DNA of 63,183 nucleotides, counting the filler, from Octopus bimaculoides (lineage: Eukaryota), in NCBI RefSeq assembly GCF_001194135.2. It is 6 parts of 6 records of this genome, joined end to end, with 100 filler letters (N's around TTAATTAATTAA, not from the genome) between each part and the next. Parts side by side here need not be neighbours in the genome. Positions count along the whole stretch, not along the records: positions 1 to 31,383 come from NC_068988.1; positions 31,484 to 50,259 come from NC_068995.1; 4 more parts are not named here. One strand, given 5' to 3'. How positions within the stretch are numbered: the first letter of the stretch is position 1; each line of letters opens with the position of its first letter. The notes beneath the pieces are model-generated. The model saw only the letters and a program-made list of their open reading frames with translations, ran no database searches and was not told the DNA's origin. Positions 25,563 to 37,739 of this stretch are shown piece after piece. The translations under genes were made by a program, and so were the position numbers.

Positions 25563-26244
25563 ATCCACTGTTTTTATTTTCCATGTTTGAAATAAAGGGA
25601 CGTCATTCCAGATACTTTCTGACGTCCATCGTCCATCTCATTCACAAAGACATTACAGTAATGAAACGGTCCCATCTTATAACTGAAATCATATCAGAAG
25701 ACTCTGCAAAAGGCACTAAAAGAACCAGATGGTGGTGGTGGTGGTGGTGGTGTTAAACAGATTAAGTCTACAAAGCATGTGATGAGATTTGAACTCAGAA
25801 CGAAAAGAACCGTAACAAATACCGGTCTCAGGTTCTTTTTTCCCGCCAACCCACTACCCTTTGTTGGTACTTTTAACCAACCCCCAAAAATGAAATGTAA
25901 AATTAACCTCAGCAGGATTTGTGCTAAACACAAATGACTAAAGATGTCAATCACCGGGTCATGTATCTCAAATAAAGGGAGATAGAATGACAAGGTCAAA
26001 GAAACGCTGGAAGCTGTTAGTGGATACGATTTCAATCTGTTAATTAAGTTAAGATCAGTGACAACTGGCTCACCATATCGTCTAAGGTTTCTTTTACTGT
26101 AACAAGTTGGCAGATATATCATGTATCGTGTTTCTATTTGTGTTGAGGTTTGTTTAAAAGGGCCTAGTTTTAGATATTTTGCACCTCATTTCTTAATATT
26201 CCAGCGTAATTTGGTAGGATTTAAGGTAAATTCTCACTCATTTA

Positions 26245-26644
26245 TTCTTTTACTTGTTTCAGTCATTTGACTGCGGCCATGCTGAAGCACCGCCTTTAGT
26301 CGAGCAAATCGACCCCAGGACTTATTTTTTGGATGCCTAGTACTTATTCTATCAGTCTCTTTTACCGAACTGCTAAGTTACGGGGACCTAAACACACCAG
26401 CATCGGTTGTCAAGCGATGTTGGGGAGGACAAACACAGACACACAAACAGATACACACACATACATATATATATATACATATATACAACGGGATTCTTTC
26501 AGTTTCCGTCTACCAAATCCACTCACAAGGTTTTGGTCGGCCCGAGACTCTAGTAGAAGACACTTGCCCAAGATGCCACGCAGTGGAAATGAACCTGGAA
26601 CCATGTGATTGGTAAGCAAGCTACTTACCACACAGCCACTCCTG
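26245..26644 (-). mobile_element. Full-length SINE family B (~400 bp) with internal (CA)/(TA) microsatellite
   Basis: Head ggagtggctgtgtggtaagtagc...ggttccaggttcatttccactgcg, internal microsatellite, tail ...cagcatggccgcagtcaaatgactgaaacaagtaaaag; partial homologs at six other sites in the window. Confidence 0.9.
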
Positions 26645-26654
26645 AAAATATGTT

Positions 26655-26830
26655 TTGTGATTTATGCCTAGGCCAGCAAATTTGAGAGTAAACAAGATTA
26701 TATCAATGCCCGCAGTACTTGACTGGCACTATATTTTAAGGACCTCTGGTGGGATGAAAGGCAAAGATGATTTGGTGAGATTTGAACTCAGAACATAAAT
26801 GACCGGAAAAAAATTGTGTAAAGCGCTTTT
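26655..26830 (-). mobile_element. SINE family A, diverged
   Basis: ggatgaaaggcaaag...agatttgaactcagaac core. Confidence 0.6.
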
Positions 26831-27057
26831 TTTTTTCTCTGACCCTTTAGTATTTCTTTCAGCTCGTTCATATTCACGAAATATTAACGGGTTTATTTTA
26901 CATTACTAAACAATAATAATAATTAGGAATTACAAGTTGGTGCCACTGTCTTGAATTTTGCAGTTTTCACAGCAGAATTACATCATATATACAAGAGAAT
27001 GGTCCGGGCAATTGGCAGCAATATCATCAGAAAGTCATTATTATACCATTATCAGTG

Positions 27058-27290
27058 TTGCAAGGTGGCAGAAAAGCTGGAGTGTCCGACAAACAGCTCA
27101 ACAGTAATTCTTCTACCTCTTTATGTCCAAAGCTCAACATTTCGCCGAAGTTGACTTTGCCTTCCATCCTTTCGAGAACATTAAATTAAGTATCAGTTGA
27201 GCACTGGGGTCGATGTAATAGACTGAAACTCCACCCCTTAAAAATTGCTGTCTTTATGCCAAAATATAAAACCGTTATATATTATTATTA
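27058..27290 (+). mobile_element. SINE family A, diverged
   Basis: ttgactttgccttccatcctttcgag...aagtatcagttgagcactggggtcgatgtaatagact followed by an (ATT)n tail. Confidence 0.75.
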
Positions 27291-28648
27291 TCTGCGTGAT
27301 GTGACCCAAACATAAATGATTAATTGAAAATACGTCGGTAAAATAAATGCTGAAAAGATAACGATATTAAAGAATTTAGACATCGAGGTTTCTTTATGAC
27401 AGGAAACAGTTTCTTCAGGCTGCAGACTAGGAGCTTATAGTCTTATAGTAGAACATAATGTTGTGCTGTGCACAAGCGGCGATATATCTCAACGAGTTTA
27501 ATAGTGTGGAAGCTGAAATAATTCCAGCATGTTATGACAGCTTCGTTTGCAATCCCTTCAGGTTAATTAGATCCGAGATAAAACGAAACTCTGAGCTAAC
27601 ATCTCAAATTATATATAATTAAGTCTCTTTAATATTACGAAATTATAAAAGAAAACATGGCTTCATTAGCTCTCCTCCTCACTCTCTCTCTCTCTCTCTC
27701 TCTTTCTATCTCTCTCTCTCTATCTATCTACCTCTCTCTCTCATACACACACACACACACAGATACACACATACACACACATACTCACGAGCTAAGCGAT
27801 AATCTATGAATACAGAAGCAGCATCGTAGTCGAAATATGTGTTGCTTGAATTGCATCAAAACGAAGAAATGAATCGTGGCTTACTATTAAGATTTATGTT
27901 TTAATTTTATTTCAATCATTGTATTCACCGTATTTTCTACAACATTAGATGTAAACGTATCTTAAACATAAGTTTCCGCTAGTTATCGACTGCATTTATC
28001 TTTGTTAGAGTCATCTGGTCATATATTATTAAGAATAACATTAAGTAATAGTAAATGAGGTTTGGTGAGTTAATACGATATTTATAACATTCTGTAAAAC
28101 TGTGATGAATTTATGTTCGGATTGTCTTTACATGCTTATGTAGATGTAGAGGAAGACGTGGTGGCTGTGGTGGTCGTGGTGTGGGTGTTAGTGTTGGTGA
28201 TGTTGTTGTTGTTGTTGGTGGTCGTGGTGATGTGTATGTGTGTATCAAGGAGTGGGGAGGGCGGAGACTGTGTGTGTGTGTGTGTGTGTGTGTTTGTATA
28301 AATATATATACACATACATATATACATACATACCCAAGCATACACAGAAGAATATGTGCAAATAGAAATAGACACACATATACATGCATGCACACAGAAT
28401 GCACCATACACACGCACACATACATACGTTCAAGCATACATGCATTTTGACATTTCCTTCAAACTATCCGACTTTAAAGTACAAAAAACGTTGAAAAGTT
28501 TTGCCATCGAAGTCTTTCCCAGGGGCAATCTTGACTGCCGCTGGAAAAATATATTCAAATGGATAATGGAAATTTTCTGATGAATGAAACAGCCGAACGC
28601 TGTAACCGACTATTATATATATACATATATATATATATATATGTGTGT

Positions 28649-28686
<38 letters not shown>

Positions 28687-28911
28687 AATTCAAATATAGG
28701 ATAAATCATTACAAGAATTTATCAAGTAGTTAGCATGAAAAAACCTCATAAGGGAAAAATCCATCAATTATTCCCTATAAATATATTTATTTATATTAAG
28801 GGCATTACTATACATAAATGCCTCACGCTAGGAGGCGACTCTAAAAGTCAAACTACCATAATAAACACATTTTTTCCGAACACGAGGGAATGCAACTCTC
28901 GAGGTGAGCCT

Positions 28912-29013
28912 CCTAAAAACAGACTTAACGCTAAATCATGATTTCGTAATTAGCGCCGTAATATGCACTCCTGATTACGAAATCATGATATTACAGTTAT
29001 GTCTGCTTTTAGG
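28912..29013. repeat. Inverted repeat: ~42-bp arms, 17-nt loop, running into a gap
   Basis: Left cctaaaaacagacttaacgctaaatcatgatttcgtaattag vs reverse complement of right cctaaaagcagacataactgtaatatcatgatttcgtaatcag. Confidence 0.9.
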
Positions 29014-29957
29014 NNNNNNNNNNNNNNNNNNNNNNNNNNNNNNNNNNNNNNNNNNNNNNNNNNNNNNNNNNNNNNNNNNNNNNNNNNNNNNNNNNNNNNN
29101 NNNNNNNNNNNNNNNNNNNNNNNNNNNNNNNNNNNNNNNNNNNNNNNNNNNNNNNNNNNNNNNNNNNNNNNNNNNNNNNNNNNNNNNNNNNNNNNNNNNN
29201 NNNNNNNNNNNNNNNNNNNNNNNNNNNNNNNNNNNNNNNNNNNNNNNNNNNNNNNNNNNNNNNNNNNNNNNNNNNNNNNNNNNNNNNNNNNNNNNNNNNN
29301 NNNNNNNNNNNNNNNNNNNNNNNNNNNNNNNNNNNNNNNNNNNNNNNNNNNNNNNNNNNNNNNNNNNNNNNNNNNNNNNNNNNNNNNNNNNNNNNNNNNN
29401 NNNNNNNNNNNNNNNNNNNNNNNNNNNNNNNNNNNNNNNNNNNNNNNNNNNNNNNNNNNNNNNNNNNNNNNNNNNNNNNNNNNNNNNNNNNNNNNNNNNN
29501 NNNNNNNNNNNNNNNNNNNNNNNNNNNNNNNNNNNNNNNNNNNNNNNNNNNNNNNNNNNNNNNNNNNNNNNNNNNNNNNNNNNNNNNNNNNNNNNNNNNN
29601 NNNNNNNNNNNNNNNNNNNNNNNNNNNNNNNNNNNNNNNNNNNNNNNNNNNNNNNNNNNNNNNNNNNNNNNNNNNNNNNNNNNNNNNNNNNNNNNNNNNN
29701 NNNNNNNNNNNNNNNNNNNNNNNNNNNNNNNNNNNNNNNNNNNNNNNNNNNNNNNNNNNNNNNNNNNNNNNNNNNNNNNNNNNNNNNNNNNNNNNNNNNN
29801 NNNNNNNNNNNNNNNNNNNNNNNNNNNNNNNNNNNNNNNNNNNNNNNNNNNNNNNNNNNNNNNNNNNNNNNNNNNNNNNNNNNNNNNNNNNNNNNNNNNN
29901 NNNNNNNNNNNNNNNNNNNNNNNNNNNNNNNNNNNNNNNNNNNNNNNNNNNNNNNNN

Positions 29958-30626
29958 CAAAACTCCGGAACAGAACCAAAACTTTCAGATAGGGACCGCC
30001 GGACTCTTACGCCAATTGTTAGAAAGGATCACAAAAGTACAGCTCCCTGTGGAGACAGCCAAAAGAAGCACTTGACACAGACTACCTTCTTCCAACTGTT
30101 AAACATGAAGGAGGATCTGTGATGATCGGGGAGTGGGGGGCTATATCTTGAAAATGCGCCGACCCAATGGTTTCTCTTGATGGCAGAATTAATAGTCAAG
30201 TCTATTTAAGCATTTTATCTGATCAAATTCATCATATGGTCGCGGAACTGTATCCGGAGGGAAACGCATTATTTCAGGATGATAATGTACCAAGTCACAA
30301 AGCTGAAGTTGTTACTGAATGGCACGAGGGACATTGTAGTGAAGTTGAACATCTGGCCACCATAGTACCCAGATCTCAATATTATTGAAGATTTATGGTG
30401 CATTTTACAAAAACAAGTAAGGAGTCGATATCTTCCAAAATCATCACTACAAGAACTGGAGACTGTTTAAACCGTATGGACAAAAATTCCATTGGAAACA
30501 ATTCTAAATTTGTACGAGTCCATACCTCGTAGAATTCAAGCTGTAATTACTACCAAAGACGGTCCTACCCCATATAGAAATAAATTTGAAATTTTAAGGT
30601 GTTTCCATTATTTTATCCAACCCCTT
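29958..30626 (+). mobile_element. Tc1-family DNA transposon, internally deleted and frameshifted, with right TIR
   Basis: QNSGTEPKLSDRDRRTLTPIVRKDHKSTA (HTH region) is joined directly to LWRQPKEA...TVKHEGGSVMI, then ...FQDDNVPSHKA (second Asp) and a PDLNIIE-like third-residue region; ORF end ...KDGPTPY*; ends ggtgtttccattattttatccaacccctt followed by TA. Confidence 0.9.
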
Positions 30627-30655
30627 TACGTATATATATATATATTTATTATTAT

Positions 30656-30844
30656 GATTGACCGTTGACTGAACACTATTCAATTTTTTTTCTCCGTGTT
30701 TTTCTCCTTGTCTCCGTATTCTTTCTGTTGAAGAGCGTAGCTCGAAACGTCAAAGACTTTCCGTATTCCCGAGCGTCATACTAATATATCCTTTTGTTAT
30801 TTACACCACCTGTCCTCGTCTGTTGTTATTATTTGTATATTCTC

Positions 30845-30846
<2 letters not shown>
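30656..30846 (+). mobile_element. Penelope-like terminal repeat copy 1 with hammerhead-like fold
   Basis: Homologous to 57749-57941 and 59085-59260; contains tcttt-CTGTTGA-A-GAGC-gta-GCTC-GAAAC-GTC-aaaga at 30720-30756; ends at (TA)n. Confidence 0.65.
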
Positions 30847-30881
<35 letters not shown>

Positions 30882-31383
30882 GGATATAATGGTATGTATA
30901 TTGGTATATAACTATATTTTGCTGAACAAATAAATCTCAAATTCTATGTGGATATGAGCATGTATAAGATTAAATATACTCATGTGTGTGTGTGTGTGTG
31001 TGTGTGTGAAAGTGCAGGTCTATGCATTTTAGAGTACATTATACAGTTATTCGTCTGTGCTAGTAACCTGTATCTCCACATATATTCAGGTGTGTGTGCA
31101 CGCGCGCATTTGTATAGGTGCGTGTGCGTGTGTGCGCGCGTGTATGTGTATGGGGTTGTGAGCGTGGTGTGTTGAAGGTCTTCAACATATTCGTTTGCTT
31201 TGTGTTTTGGTTTTTTTAACCAGAAAAAAACAAAAAAACATTGATGTGTTGTCTCTATGTTTGTTTACTTAAGGGCGTTCTCTTCCCCGAGGATCAACAA
31301 TATCTGCGGTTTCACGTCAGATGTATGTGAATAGGCTTCAGTCTGTGGCGACGTGACTGTGTGCATATGAGTGTAATCAGGCT

Positions 31384-31483
31384 NNNNNNNNNNNNNNNNN
31401 NNNNNNNNNNNNNNNNNNNNNNNNNNNTTAATTAATTAANNNNNNNNNNNNNNNNNNNNNNNNNNNNNNNNNNNNNNNNNNNN
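31384..31483. other. Artificial scaffold linker (44 N + TTAATTAATTAA + 44 N)
   Basis: Identical 100-bp structure occurs five times; the 12-mer gives stops in all six frames. Confidence 0.95.
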
Positions 31484-31759
31484 TATATATATATATATAT
31501 ATATATTCATGTGTATATATATATATGTGCCTATACATATGTGTGCATATATATGATTATATATATATATATATATATATATATGGGATATATGCCTCTC
31601 TCTGTGTGGGCGTGTGTACTCATATATATACATGTATGCGCGTGTGTGAGTTGTGTATATATGGAGACAGAAAGAAAGAAGAGACAGGAAGGCATAAGAC
31701 AAGGAACAGAGAGATATAACCGAGGTATAACTTGTTAGCATATAGCCGAGAAATTACTA

Positions 31760-31761
31760 TT

Positions 31762-31818
<57 letters not shown>

Positions 31819-31873
31819 ATTCTTCTTCTCCTTCTTCTTCTTCTTCTTTTTCTTCTTCTTCTTCTTCTTCTTC

Positions 31874-31935
<62 letters not shown>

Positions 31936-32020
31936 GTTATTATTATTATCATTGTTATCGTTATTATCATCATCATCATCATTATCATCATCATCATCAT
32001 CATCATTGTCGTCATTATTA
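31760..32020. repeat. (ATT)n/(CTT)n/(CAT)n compound microsatellite
   Basis: Directly visible. Confidence 0.95.
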
Positions 32021-32334
32021 TTTAGTGTTTTTATCGATGTTGTATTTTTTTTTTTTTGCTTTCTTTTCTCCTTTTAATTCAAAACTTTATTCTTCAGATA
32101 TAACTTTAAAAAGATGTTCCTTTGTGTGAATTAATTTCCATTAAAGGAACACGAAAGTAATAAAATAATAATGTCTTTGGCCACACATCCGCATAGAAAA
32201 ACATACAGAGAAATATACTTACAAACACACAAACACACACACACATATATAGATGCTACATAAATAGATAGATACATTTTAAAAAATAACGTCGACCACT
32301 AACGTGGACAGTTAATGCGCTAGAAATAGATCAC

Positions 32335-32396
<62 letters not shown>

Positions 32397-32732
32397 ATTA
32401 TATTAGAGAAATAACCCTGGTGTTAACCGTATTGTGCTCATCCTCGGGTACATTATCCCACAGTAGACGGTGCTCCGGAGAGTGTCTGTTTCACCAAACA
32501 TGTCTGAAATGATAGAAATGTCTGTAGAGTCTTTACAATTATAATCAAGGACGGAGTGAGTTTGTCATCTTATTGCATGCATTTACAATTGTTTCATCTA
32601 GGTTTGTTTCGATCTCATGAATATTGCTATATTATGCAATACTGCTGAGATCGAATTCGGGGAAACAATTGTTAACTCATTTAAAGAAGTTACCTGCTCA
32701 CGCTGTTCTTCTTGTTTGTATGTGTGTGTGTG

Positions 32733-32803
<71 letters not shown>

Positions 32804-32824
32804 GTAGATAGATAGATAGATAGT

Positions 32825-32872
<48 letters not shown>

Positions 32873-32899
32873 CGGACGGACTGACAGACGTAATATTTT

Positions 32900-33690
32900 G
32901 TTTGGTGTGTGGGAAAACCACAGTGGGTAGCAGTATTCTACGGGTGGTTGTATAATTGGGGGACTAAAAGGGAATGATGACCTCTTGCTCTCTAGATCGG
33001 AAAGCTCTGTGAATCCAGGAGCCCTTCCTGCGCAGCATATCGACTTCGTTGTTAATATCAACACTCCAGCCTAGATGACTGTCAACAATTAATTCTAAGT
33101 CTCTGGCAGTATTGGATGCTGAGGGTAGTTCTCCTGAAGGAAGGGAATATGGTTGTCTGGTTGCATTATTTTTTCTGAAGTACATGAGTTCAAATCTTTC
33201 CTCATCTAACATCATGTGGTTTTTGTCCATCCATTGGCTTACGGTATACCGATTAGACTGGCGTTTTAACAGACCTCGTCTCTTTTACAGAGTTGTTGTC
33301 CTTTATCATTCAAAAACCGAGGAAAGGCGCTTGGCACCTGAATTTGTAATGTCTTAAAGCGCAAGCAGCTCTCTGCCATTCTGGCAGTGCACTCAGAGGA
33401 AGTACCACGTTGGCGCTCTATGGATTCCTGGAGGGCAAAACTGTCGACATTCTCTTGGAAACTATGGATGATAATGAAAATCAGCTGGTTTGTATGTTCT
33501 GCAGAATTTCTGAAGCGGAACCCATGGATAATTTCCAGACATTACTGGGATGGTATTGCTCACTTGAAGCATTGTCCGGTTGATGTAGTCTCTAAAGACA
33601 AGGAAGCACCATAGCAGAGTCTGCTCAAGATGCTCGCAGGGCAAGGAAATTGGTCCGTACTCGCACACCTGGTGCCCAACCATTGACATC
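32900..33690 (-). mobile_element. CR1/L2-type LINE RT, heavily decayed
   Basis: Ordered motifs on the minus strand: YGPISL (cf. YRPISL), HGFR, QWMDKNHMMLDEERFE, RDLELIVDSHLGW, RAFRSR, VEYCYPLW (cf. LEYCSxLW). Confidence 0.85.
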
Positions 33691-34007
33691 TTGTAGAATT
33701 ATTTTAAACTGCTTGTGTCACGTGTAAGAGGGAGGCGGTTATCATCGGAGACAATTCTGAAGATTCCGCCGTCATATTTCTTTGTCAAGCAGTTTATATC
33801 CGCCTCGTGACCTTGGCGAAATAGGTTCCGTGGTGGGTGAAACTGAATGAAACGAAAACAAACACCTCCCGTTTTGATCAATACCTTTTCAACTTTTGCA
33901 AGTTTAACATGGAAAGTTATATGTGAGTAGAGTGAAGTCCTGTTCCCTGGGAAAATGTTGTGTAGTGAATGACAGCGACGAGAATGGCTGAGGCGAACAG
34001 GCCTACT

Positions 34008-34068
34008 TTATGAAAAAATAAAACCGTTGAATAAAAAGGGGAAGTTACTCTCATAGGCATGGAAAAAA
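34008..34068 (+). repeat. 61-bp direct repeat copy 1 (copy 2 at 36119-36179)
   Basis: ttatgaaaaa(a/g)t(a/g)aaaccgttgaataaaaaggggaagttactctcataggcatggaaaaaa; two mismatches. Confidence 0.9.
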
Positions 34069-34668
34069 ACTACCCTAGATTGAAGAAGGACAGCAGATTA
34101 AAAGGCGCTTGCCTTTGTGGTCAGGATGACCATGTTGTTTTTGAGAGTTTTCAAAGGCCCTTCAGAAATCGCTTTCTTTGCGGAAACGCTTTTGTTTTCG
34201 TTATTTCCTATATTTTCAGTTTCTTTTTACGTAAGCCCATAATGTGCTGTACCGTCTTTGATCTTTTGGCAAGAACACGTGATCAATAGATAAAACAACA
34301 ACAACAACAACAAATAGTTGTAGTAGTTGTATTACTCTTCTTCTTTTTCGTCTTATTTTTTTTTTTTGGCTCTTCGTTTCTCCTTTTCACCGAGAAATAT
34401 GGCTTGTTAGTTGGTAATCAAAATTGACATTTTAAATAGATTTTCTGTAATTAAGCAAAAGTTAAAAGATGTAGCAGAGTCGTTTTGAAAGACAGGAACA
34501 TATAACACTCTCCTATTTTCCTTCTCTTTCTCTCCCCCTTTCTCTCGCTCACTATGTCATGCATATGTATATATATATATTATACATGATGTATACGTAT
34601 GTATATCATAAATCTATACAATTGCCGGGTATGAGTGTTCCAATATGTATCAATCTAACCATCCACTT

Positions 34669-34737
<69 letters not shown>

Positions 34738-35699
34738 TCGCACACGCACATTATCTTTCCCACTCCCGTTTTTCATCCTGTATATATGCAATAGCTAAAA
34801 TACAAAAATAAAAGAAAACAACATCACCATTATACATACATGCAATTCAATAATAAACACGATTACATTTATTCTCTTATATATGATTGAGTGACGATGT
34901 CATGAATTGTTCTTTTTTGTTGTTGTTGCTGTTGTTGTTGTTGTTGTTTTGTCTTTGCAATCTTATTACTGAAAACAATCCATTGTAAGAAGCTTTTCTT
35001 AATAATCCAAAGGTTTAAAATACTAATATTCTGGTTTACTATTGAATTTAAAGAAGAAACATTATTATTTTCCAGTTAAAAAAAACAAAAAAAACAACAA
35101 CAAAAACGGAAAGAAAAAATCTGATGACAATGCTTTCTGTAGAAACATTTCTTCCGTAATATCTCCCTCCATGGTTGGAACGGGGAATAATAATATAAAT
35201 GTCTTATAATATTGACTTCATTTATTGTTTGAAAGATGAAAATGTTTGCGATCAATAAAATATGGTGTGTATATATTTGTGTGAGTTNNNNNNNNNNNNN
35301 NNNNNNNNNNNNNNNNNNNNNNNNNNNNNNNNNNNNNNNNNNNNNNNNNNNNNNNNNNNNNNNNNNNNNNNNNNNNNNNNNNNNNNNNNNNNNNNNNNNN
35401 NNNNNNNNNNNNNNNNNNNNNNNNNNNNNNNNNNNNNNNNNNNNNNNNNNNNNNNNNNNNNNNNNNNNNNNNNNNNNNNNNNNNNNNNNNNNNNNNNNNN
35501 NNNNNNNNNNNNNNNNNNNNNNNNATATATATATAATACGTACGCATGTGTGAGTTTAATATGTGTGTCTTAATATGTATTACACGTGTATTTGAATATT
35601 ATATGTGTGTCTTTGTGTGTGTACGCACACACACACACACACACACACATACACACACACACACACACACACAAACACACAAACACACAAACACAATGA

Positions 35700-35890
35700 A
35701 CTAGCATGGCTTAATAGTTAGAGCGTCAGGCTTACAATCGTGAGACGGATTCGATTCCCGGGCCAGGTTGTGTATTGTGTTCTTCAGCAAAACACGTTAT
35801 TTCACGTATCTCCAGTTCGCCCAGCTGCAGTAATGAGTTAGGACGACTCTGGGGCCAAACGGAATTGGCCTTTGCTCCCTTGTCCATGGA
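35700..35890 (+). mobile_element. tRNA-derived SINE head (family C-related)
   Basis: A-box-like tggcttaatagtt, B box ttcgattccc, then ttgtgttcttcagcaaaacacgttatttcac as in 8780-8830 (-). Confidence 0.65.
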
Positions 35891-36118
35891 GAGAGGGTGA
35901 CTGATTTAAATTGGTCACCTCTAATGTTCCACAAACAAACTTGACCGAAATTGTGCCTCGGAATGGAACTTCCTAAGGTGCAATCACATGATCATTCATG
36001 ACTGAAGGTGGTCGTCAAGATATCTATACATATATATGCACATCTCTCCTTCTCGCTCTCTCTCACTCTCTTTACAGAGCTAAAAGATTCTAGGCATTTT
36101 TTTTCAGCTATTTAGACA

Positions 36119-36179
36119 TTATGAAAAAGTGAAACCGTTGAATAAAAAGGGGAAGTTACTCTCATAGGCATGGAAAAAA
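36119..36179 (+). repeat. 61-bp direct repeat copy 2
   Basis: See 34008-34068. Confidence 0.9.
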
Positions 36180-36237
36180 TATGAAAATATCAAACATACA
36201 CATATAATATATATACGACATACACACATAATATATA

Positions 36238-36395
36238 TACGACAGGCTTCTTTCGGTTTCTGTCTACTGAACTCAGAAGTGTTTTGGAGCCCCGAGCCTA
36301 TAGTAGAAGACACTTACCTATGGTGTCACGTAGTGGAATCGAAACAGAGCCATTTAGTTGGGAAGCAAGCCTCTTTCCACACAACCGCGCCTGTG
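36238..36395 (-). mobile_element. SINE family B 5' part
   Basis: ggcttctttcggtttctgtctac...ctatagtagaagacactt matches 26490-26640. Confidence 0.8.
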
Positions 36396-37004
36396 ACTAT
36401 ATTCACTATTGTTATAAATTAGCCCACATAAGTAATTTTAGGCATTTCCATTTATTTCTGTTTAAGAAGCCACATCACTCAATTTATCATCTCAGTTTCT
36501 CTAATAAAACATCTCAGCGTCCTCATCTCTTTTGAACAAGAATATACGCCTACGCAATGTCACTGCTCAACCTCCAAGTTTTCTGTCATCATCTTTGTTG
36601 CTGTGTCAGAGGTGAAGTTCATGACCATTTCTTTATCTTGACAAAAGTATAAAGAATAAAAATCGCTCCGTGTTCCATCCAAAAATCGTTGCCCAATTCA
36701 TTTTTCTAAGAAGTTCAATTCCCTGTTGATTCGTTTCCTTTTAGTATGACGCTGTAAAAGATTACGTTTGAAGCTGTTTCGGAATAGCTTTTTTAATGAA
36801 CACGATTCCTATTTTTCTTTGATTTTTGCTATTTTTGTTTGCATAATACTTTTTCAGAATTCCAGTTTGTTAAACAGAAGATGTTACAAATTTGTGAAAA
36901 AATAATTTTCTTCTAAATACCATGTTCGGGAAATTTAAAAAAACCCGTACAATAACGTAAATGAAAATATGCTTTGGCGTAATTTTATTATTTAGCTTAT
37001 ATTT

Positions 37005-37230
37005 GGTTTTTATCACTGGACTTCGGCTAAGCTGGGGCACAGTTTTGAAGACTTTAGTCCAACAAATCAACTTCATTGCATGTTCTTATGTTCTTTTTAA
37101 AGCCTAGCACCTATCCTATCGCTCCCTTTTGGCCGATCTCTAAGTTACTGGATCGTAAACAAAGTTAAACCTGTTCTCAAGTGAGGTGGGAGATACGAAA
37201 CACACACAGGCACACACACACACACACACA
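37005..37230 (-). mobile_element. SINE family B 3' part, diverged
   Basis: ttagtccaacaaatcaac...aagcctagcacctatcctatc...ctaagttactggatcgtaaac resembles 26295-26400. Confidence 0.5.
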
Positions 37231-37552
37231 CAAACTCACACAAGTATACACACATATACTCATTCACACACGTGCGCGCACTAACAGACACACGTATAGC
37301 GTAGGTATGAGAGGTGTTGGTATCTAGAAGATCCAAAGAGTGCCAGGTAACGCTAAGTAAGTGCTATGGACAGACCGTAGTTAAACTCTTTGTTCGATAG
37401 TGATACGAGTGAGGAGTCTAATGCGGGTCTTGTATTAGTATGCATATACATATACATATATATACATACATACATACATACTTACAAATATATATATATA
37501 TATATATTAGACAAAATAAAATAACAAAGCCTAGGCTGTGAGGAGTTTTCAG

Positions 37553-37729
37553 GACATGTATAACACTGCATGGAATGAACTCCGAGAAAATGTTTTGTTG
37601 TATTTCAATGGATTGCAGTTGGCTGAATCAAATTATTACGGCGAATATTTTGCCCGCATTCAGTCGTTCAATAACGAAAAAATATACTTAAGTGAAGACC
37701 TCGATAGATACTTCATCGTTTCATATTAT
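37553..37729 (+). CDS. Candidate internal exon of unknown product (59 aa, phase 0-0)
   Basis: ttttcag acceptor, stop-free complex peptide DMYNTAWNELRENVLLYFNGLQLAESNYY..., GTATGT donor (inside a GTAT repeat); no family recognised. Confidence 0.2.
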
Positions 37730-37739
37730 GTATGTATGT

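Noticed and set aside
26250-26285. Hammerhead-like agtc-aaat-gact-GAAAC-aa-GTA in the SINE B tail (minus strand)
   Set aside because: The CUGANGA core is absent upstream of the hairpin.
34059-34289. 76-aa ORF MEKNYPRLKK...
   Set aside because: Its start lies inside the duplicated 61-bp repeat; no recognisable homology.
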